DNA of 41,170 nucleotides, from the NCBI GenBank assembly GCA_965242865.1, contig CBDETK010000001.1:1-41170 (forward strand), given 5' to 3'. Origin of the DNA: Candidatus Latescibacterota bacterium (GTDB taxonomy: Bacteria > Latescibacterota > UBA2968 > UBA8231). The position numbers and the translations under genes were made by a program. Within the stretch, counting starts at the first letter, position 1; every line of letters begins with the position of its first letter. The notes beneath the pieces are model-generated. The model searched no databases, was not told the DNA's origin, and saw only the letters and a program-made list of their open reading frames with translations. Of this stretch, positions 38,431 to 41,170 are shown piece after piece.

Positions 38431-39489
38431 TCAGCGAGGGTCTTGGAGACCGGCCTGACGGGAGCCCCCGATATCGATTCCCGGAACCCCAGGGTCCGCG
38501 GCATGCCCTGTCCCGGAATCCAAATAGTATCCAGAGCCGACGAAGACGGGCACGCCTTGCGCGAACACGCGCTTCACGAAAGCGACCTTCCGTTCGACTC
38601 GCCCGGTAGCTGGATTCATGGTGCGGTAGTACAGGTAGGCCTCTCCGAACGCGTCCACCACGCCCATTACGTCCCGGCCGCCGAACTGACCGGCCAGATC
38701 GCCCCATTCGTGCAGCGGCGCTCCATTCACTGAGATCTTCCGACCAGAGAGCCACTGCCCGCCCATCGCGTCCAATCCGAACACGTATGCCGGACCGTTC
38801 GCCCAGCGGGGGTCATCTTTGAACGCGCCGGCGCCGAAGTACCCCTTTTCCTCGACGATGAATGCCGCGCAACGGACGAATTCCTTGAGGGCTTGATTGG
38901 ACGGCTCGGAGGCCAAGGCTGCTGCGTTGACAGTGTCGGCGGCGCACGACGCCGGGAGATCGCGCGGGTAGACCCCGGAACCGATCACCGCCTTGGTCCC
39001 GTTCCAGTCGATCGCCCGAATGAACGCGATCTTGTGGGCTGGGATCATCGTCGCCGGGTCGGCGAACGAGTAGTACCAGAACCCGCTCCCGTAGTTCTGG
39101 ACGATGTCGACGCCGTGGGCAAGGTAGTCGCCCCCGAACTGATCGGTCAGCAAGCCAAACGGGCGGCCCTCGAGATCCTGGCGAATCGCATGCACGAAGA
39201 ACCTCGCTTCGTAGCTGCTCGGAATCGCCTCGACCACGAACACATAGGTCGACCCGCTCTTCCAGCGCTCGTCGTTGTGGAACGCGCGATACGCCTCGGC
39301 CTCGCCCATTTCCATCGCGTACTCGTGAGCGCAGTTCACGAACGCCCGCGCGTCGTCAGGTGTCTGGACAGCGGCAGCGACAACGGAACGCTCGGCGCAC
39401 GGCACTTCGTCAGCTCTCGCCGCATGCGTAGCGCCGAGCAGCACTGTGGAGACAAGGGCGACGCATGAAAAGGAGCCTCTCGGTGACAT
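38431..39489 (-). CDS. Exported protein with two tandem single-Cache domains
   Basis: Signal peptide; duplicated unit AFVNCA...AFHNDERWKSGSTYVFV...YYSFADPA..K.AF...IGSG.Y and EFVRCA...AFKDDPRWANGPAYVFG...YYRTMNPA...K.AF...VGSG.Y. Confidence 0.85.
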   Translation of the reverse strand: MSPRGSFSCVALVSTVLLGATHAARADEVPCAERSVVAAAVQTPDDARAFVNCAHEYAMEMGEAEAYRAFHNDERWKSGSTYVFVVEAIPSSYEARFFVHAIRQDLEGRPFGLLTDQFGGDYLAHGVDIVQNYGSGFWYYSFADPATMIPAHKIAFIRAIDWNGTKAVIGSGVYPRDLPASCAADTVNAAALASEPSNQALKEFVRCAAFIVEEKGYFGAGAFKDDPRWANGPAYVFGLDAMGGQWLSGRKISVNGAPLHEWGDLAGQFGGRDVMGVVDAFGEAYLYYRTMNPATGRVERKVAFVKRVFAQGVPVFVGSGYYLDSGTGHAADPGVPGIDIGGSRQAGLQDPR

Positions 39490-39495
39490 GATTCA

Positions 39496-39501
39496 ATTCT
39501 A
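39496..39501 (-). promoter_or_regulatory. -10 element (TAGAAT) suggesting a leaderless transcript
   Basis: Minus strand TAGAAT-tgaatc-ATG with no SD between the box and the start. Confidence 0.5.
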
Positions 39502-39745
39502 GCGTGAGCCGAGCACCGTCCCGGTGTCGACTTTCTCTGGCGGCGAAGGCGCGCGGCTCTCTGACCGGAGTTCTTGGTTATCGGGCCATCGAGTGCGTCC
39601 GGGATCATCTCAGACACTCTACGACTGCTAGCCAAGATTCACTAGCATGGCCGTTCCCGCATGCGAATCAGGATGGGCGCAGACGCCCCACCGGGTCCCG
39701 TCTCTGGAACGTAAGATTCGACCGTCCTTGGACCTGCAAGGGGGA

Positions 39746-40357
39746 TCACGGTCTCCGAGGGAGGCTTGCGAAATGATCCCGAACCAACTGTTTGGCTTCC
39801 GCGAACGTATGATCTCTGGGTTCTCCCGGAGCCCTGATCCCGGCTCGGAGTTTCGCCCATGGTCGACCTTGGTGAAACGTGTCCCACCAGCTGCGCGCCG
39901 TGTTCTGACGGTTTCTTCCTTGGTCGTGCTTTCCGAAACCCTCTAGGCAACTGTTCCAAACGGGCTGATACCGTGTGATCAAGGCGCGTTCAGCAAACAC
40001 GATCCAAACGGGCTTGATTGGAAGCGCCCGGAACACGAAATCCTCAAGCGAGAGGTTGTCAGCTTGGTTGATCGACTTCTCGTGGTCCCTGAGGCGGAAC
40101 TGGAGCGCTGGCTTGGAAACATCCCCTTCTCCGCCCTTTCTCGAGCCGGGAGCGACGGCCTTCCCAACATAGATCGGAACCTCGGTGTTCGCGACCGGCT
40201 CGTACTCCGGTATCGCTCCCCTGTAGTAGAGCGCGTAGATACCTGGCCCTTCGATATCGTCACGGTCATCAATCGAACGACATGGCTGCGACTCGAAGTG
40301 TGCGACCGTACCGGCCATCAGGTTTTCGTACGTGAGCGGGTCCCAGAGATCCGCCAT
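39746..40357 (-). CDS. Eco29kI-family GIY-YIG type II restriction endonuclease
   Basis: GPGIYALYY...PIYVGKA, LQFRLRDH, FAERALI, PVWN...GFGKHDQG and WDTFH.GR.WA match the Eco29kI/Cfr42I layout. Confidence 0.9.
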   Translation of the reverse strand: MADLWDPLTYENLMAGTVAHFESQPCRSIDDRDDIEGPGIYALYYRGAIPEYEPVANTEVPIYVGKAVAPGSRKGGEGDVSKPALQFRLRDHEKSINQADNLSLEDFVFRALPIKPVWIVFAERALITRYQPVWNSCLEGFGKHDQGRNRQNTARSWWDTFHQGRPWAKLRAGIRAPGEPRDHTFAEAKQLVRDHFASLPRRP

Positions 40358-41170
40358 CAGACCCTCCTCAGTTCAACGACAGACTCGTACAAGGCGCACC
40401 CGTTTGCTTTGCCCGCCCGGACGCTGGAATTGACGATACTGTTCCCGACCCGGGTGTCACGAGGCACGTGTATCTCGGCGATCTCGAAACCCTGCGGTTC
40501 TGCGATCTTCGCCAGAAACTGGTCGGTCGGAATCGGGACGCCCTGCAAGACCGAGTTCCCTACGACTACCAAGGCCGTCCCGCCTCTACGCAAGCACCAT
40601 GCAGCACCCTCGGCAAATCGAGCGCAATCGTTGAAGTAGCGGGCCGCGTAGTTGGCCCAACCTTTACCCCCGTAAAGACCCTTCTCGGGATTCTTCTCGC
40701 GCAGGCAGTCGATGGTTTCCCGAATCCCTCGGTCTGTGATGGAAGGATCGAGATCGATTCGCTCCCGATCCCTTGCGTTCTGCCAGTAGGTCCCGAAGTT
40801 CAACTCTTCCAACTGCTTTGCATCTCGCGGTGACGAACAGAATCCGAGCCAATATAGCTGGGGCCGGGTGTTGCGGTTGTAGTGGTAGTTGTTCAGATAC
40901 GGAGGTGATGTGACGAGCAGTTGCACGCTACCCTGCCGTACGTTTCTGTAGGCATCGAAGAACGACTGCCTGAAGACGTTACCGGGCTTGCGGTCGCTGT
41001 TGAGGCGAGCATTGCGATACCACGCTGCGTCCTCTGCCATCTGGGCGACTTTGCCTCGGATCGTCTCTGCTACGTCGCAGTCATGCACCTCGGGCCGTCC
41101 CCACTGTCACCTTGCGGCCCAAGCTTGGCTCGTACGAATAGTTTGAGTACTGCACCATGGTCGCGGCGAA
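40357..41170 (-). CDS. Site-specific amino-DNA methyltransferase (SPPY, N4mC type), partial; apparent +1 frameshift near 41099-41102
   Basis: LLVTSPPYLNNY, LRRGG.ALVVVGNS and LYESVV motifs; 1-bp TGATG overlap with the endonuclease. The upstream peptide FAATMVQYSNYSYEPSLGRKVTVG is in a different frame from RPEVHDCDVAE. Confidence 0.82.

Noticed and set aside
35461-38609. Long alternative-frame ORFs (e.g. 35461-36582, 37047-38114, 37656-38609, also 10856-11833)
   Set aside because: High-GC shadow frames overlapping well-supported genes, with no recognisable motifs.
1-41170. CTAG appears often by eye, although it is depleted in many bacteria
   Set aside because: I could not count it reliably; an observed/expected tetranucleotide calculation is needed before any claim.

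Overview
High-GC bacterial chromosomal window. The VWA/TPR gene pair and the ECF sigma/anti-sigma/secreted-protein trio suggest Acidobacteria (inference), and the secreted ankyrin and stand-alone Cache proteins hint at a host-associated lifestyle. In order: a partial secreted NHL/beta-propeller-like gene; a ferredoxin-type nitrite/sulfite reductase plus a hypothetical gene; a secreted ankyrin-repeat protein; an IetAS-type pair (intact AAA ATPase, pseudogenised S8 protease); a 1712-aa TPR protein with a VWA protein; a small defence patch (DUF262 gene, ABC/AAA_21 ATPase, decayed DUF4276-like stub) interleaved with a degenerate duplicate of the glyQ upstream region and 5' end; glyQ-glyS; a sugar-phosphate isomerase/epimerase; a ChbG/HpnK deacetylase flanked by two homologous ~90-nt candidate sRNAs; an ECF sigma and anti-sigma heading a type II secretion operon (gspE-F-G-H-I-J-K-L-M-C-like-D); an L-lactate permease; a double-Cache protein; and an Eco29kI-family restriction endonuclease whose methyltransferase appears frameshifted. 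The most novel signal is the sRNA pair, which shares an anti-Shine-Dalgarno core, a covarying terminator and an ECF-type promoter motif next to the ECF sigma gene. Next are the glyQ-anchored duplication/defence hotspot and the repeated loss of the second gene of defence pairs. No rRNA, tRNA, CRISPR array, integrase or transposase was recognised.
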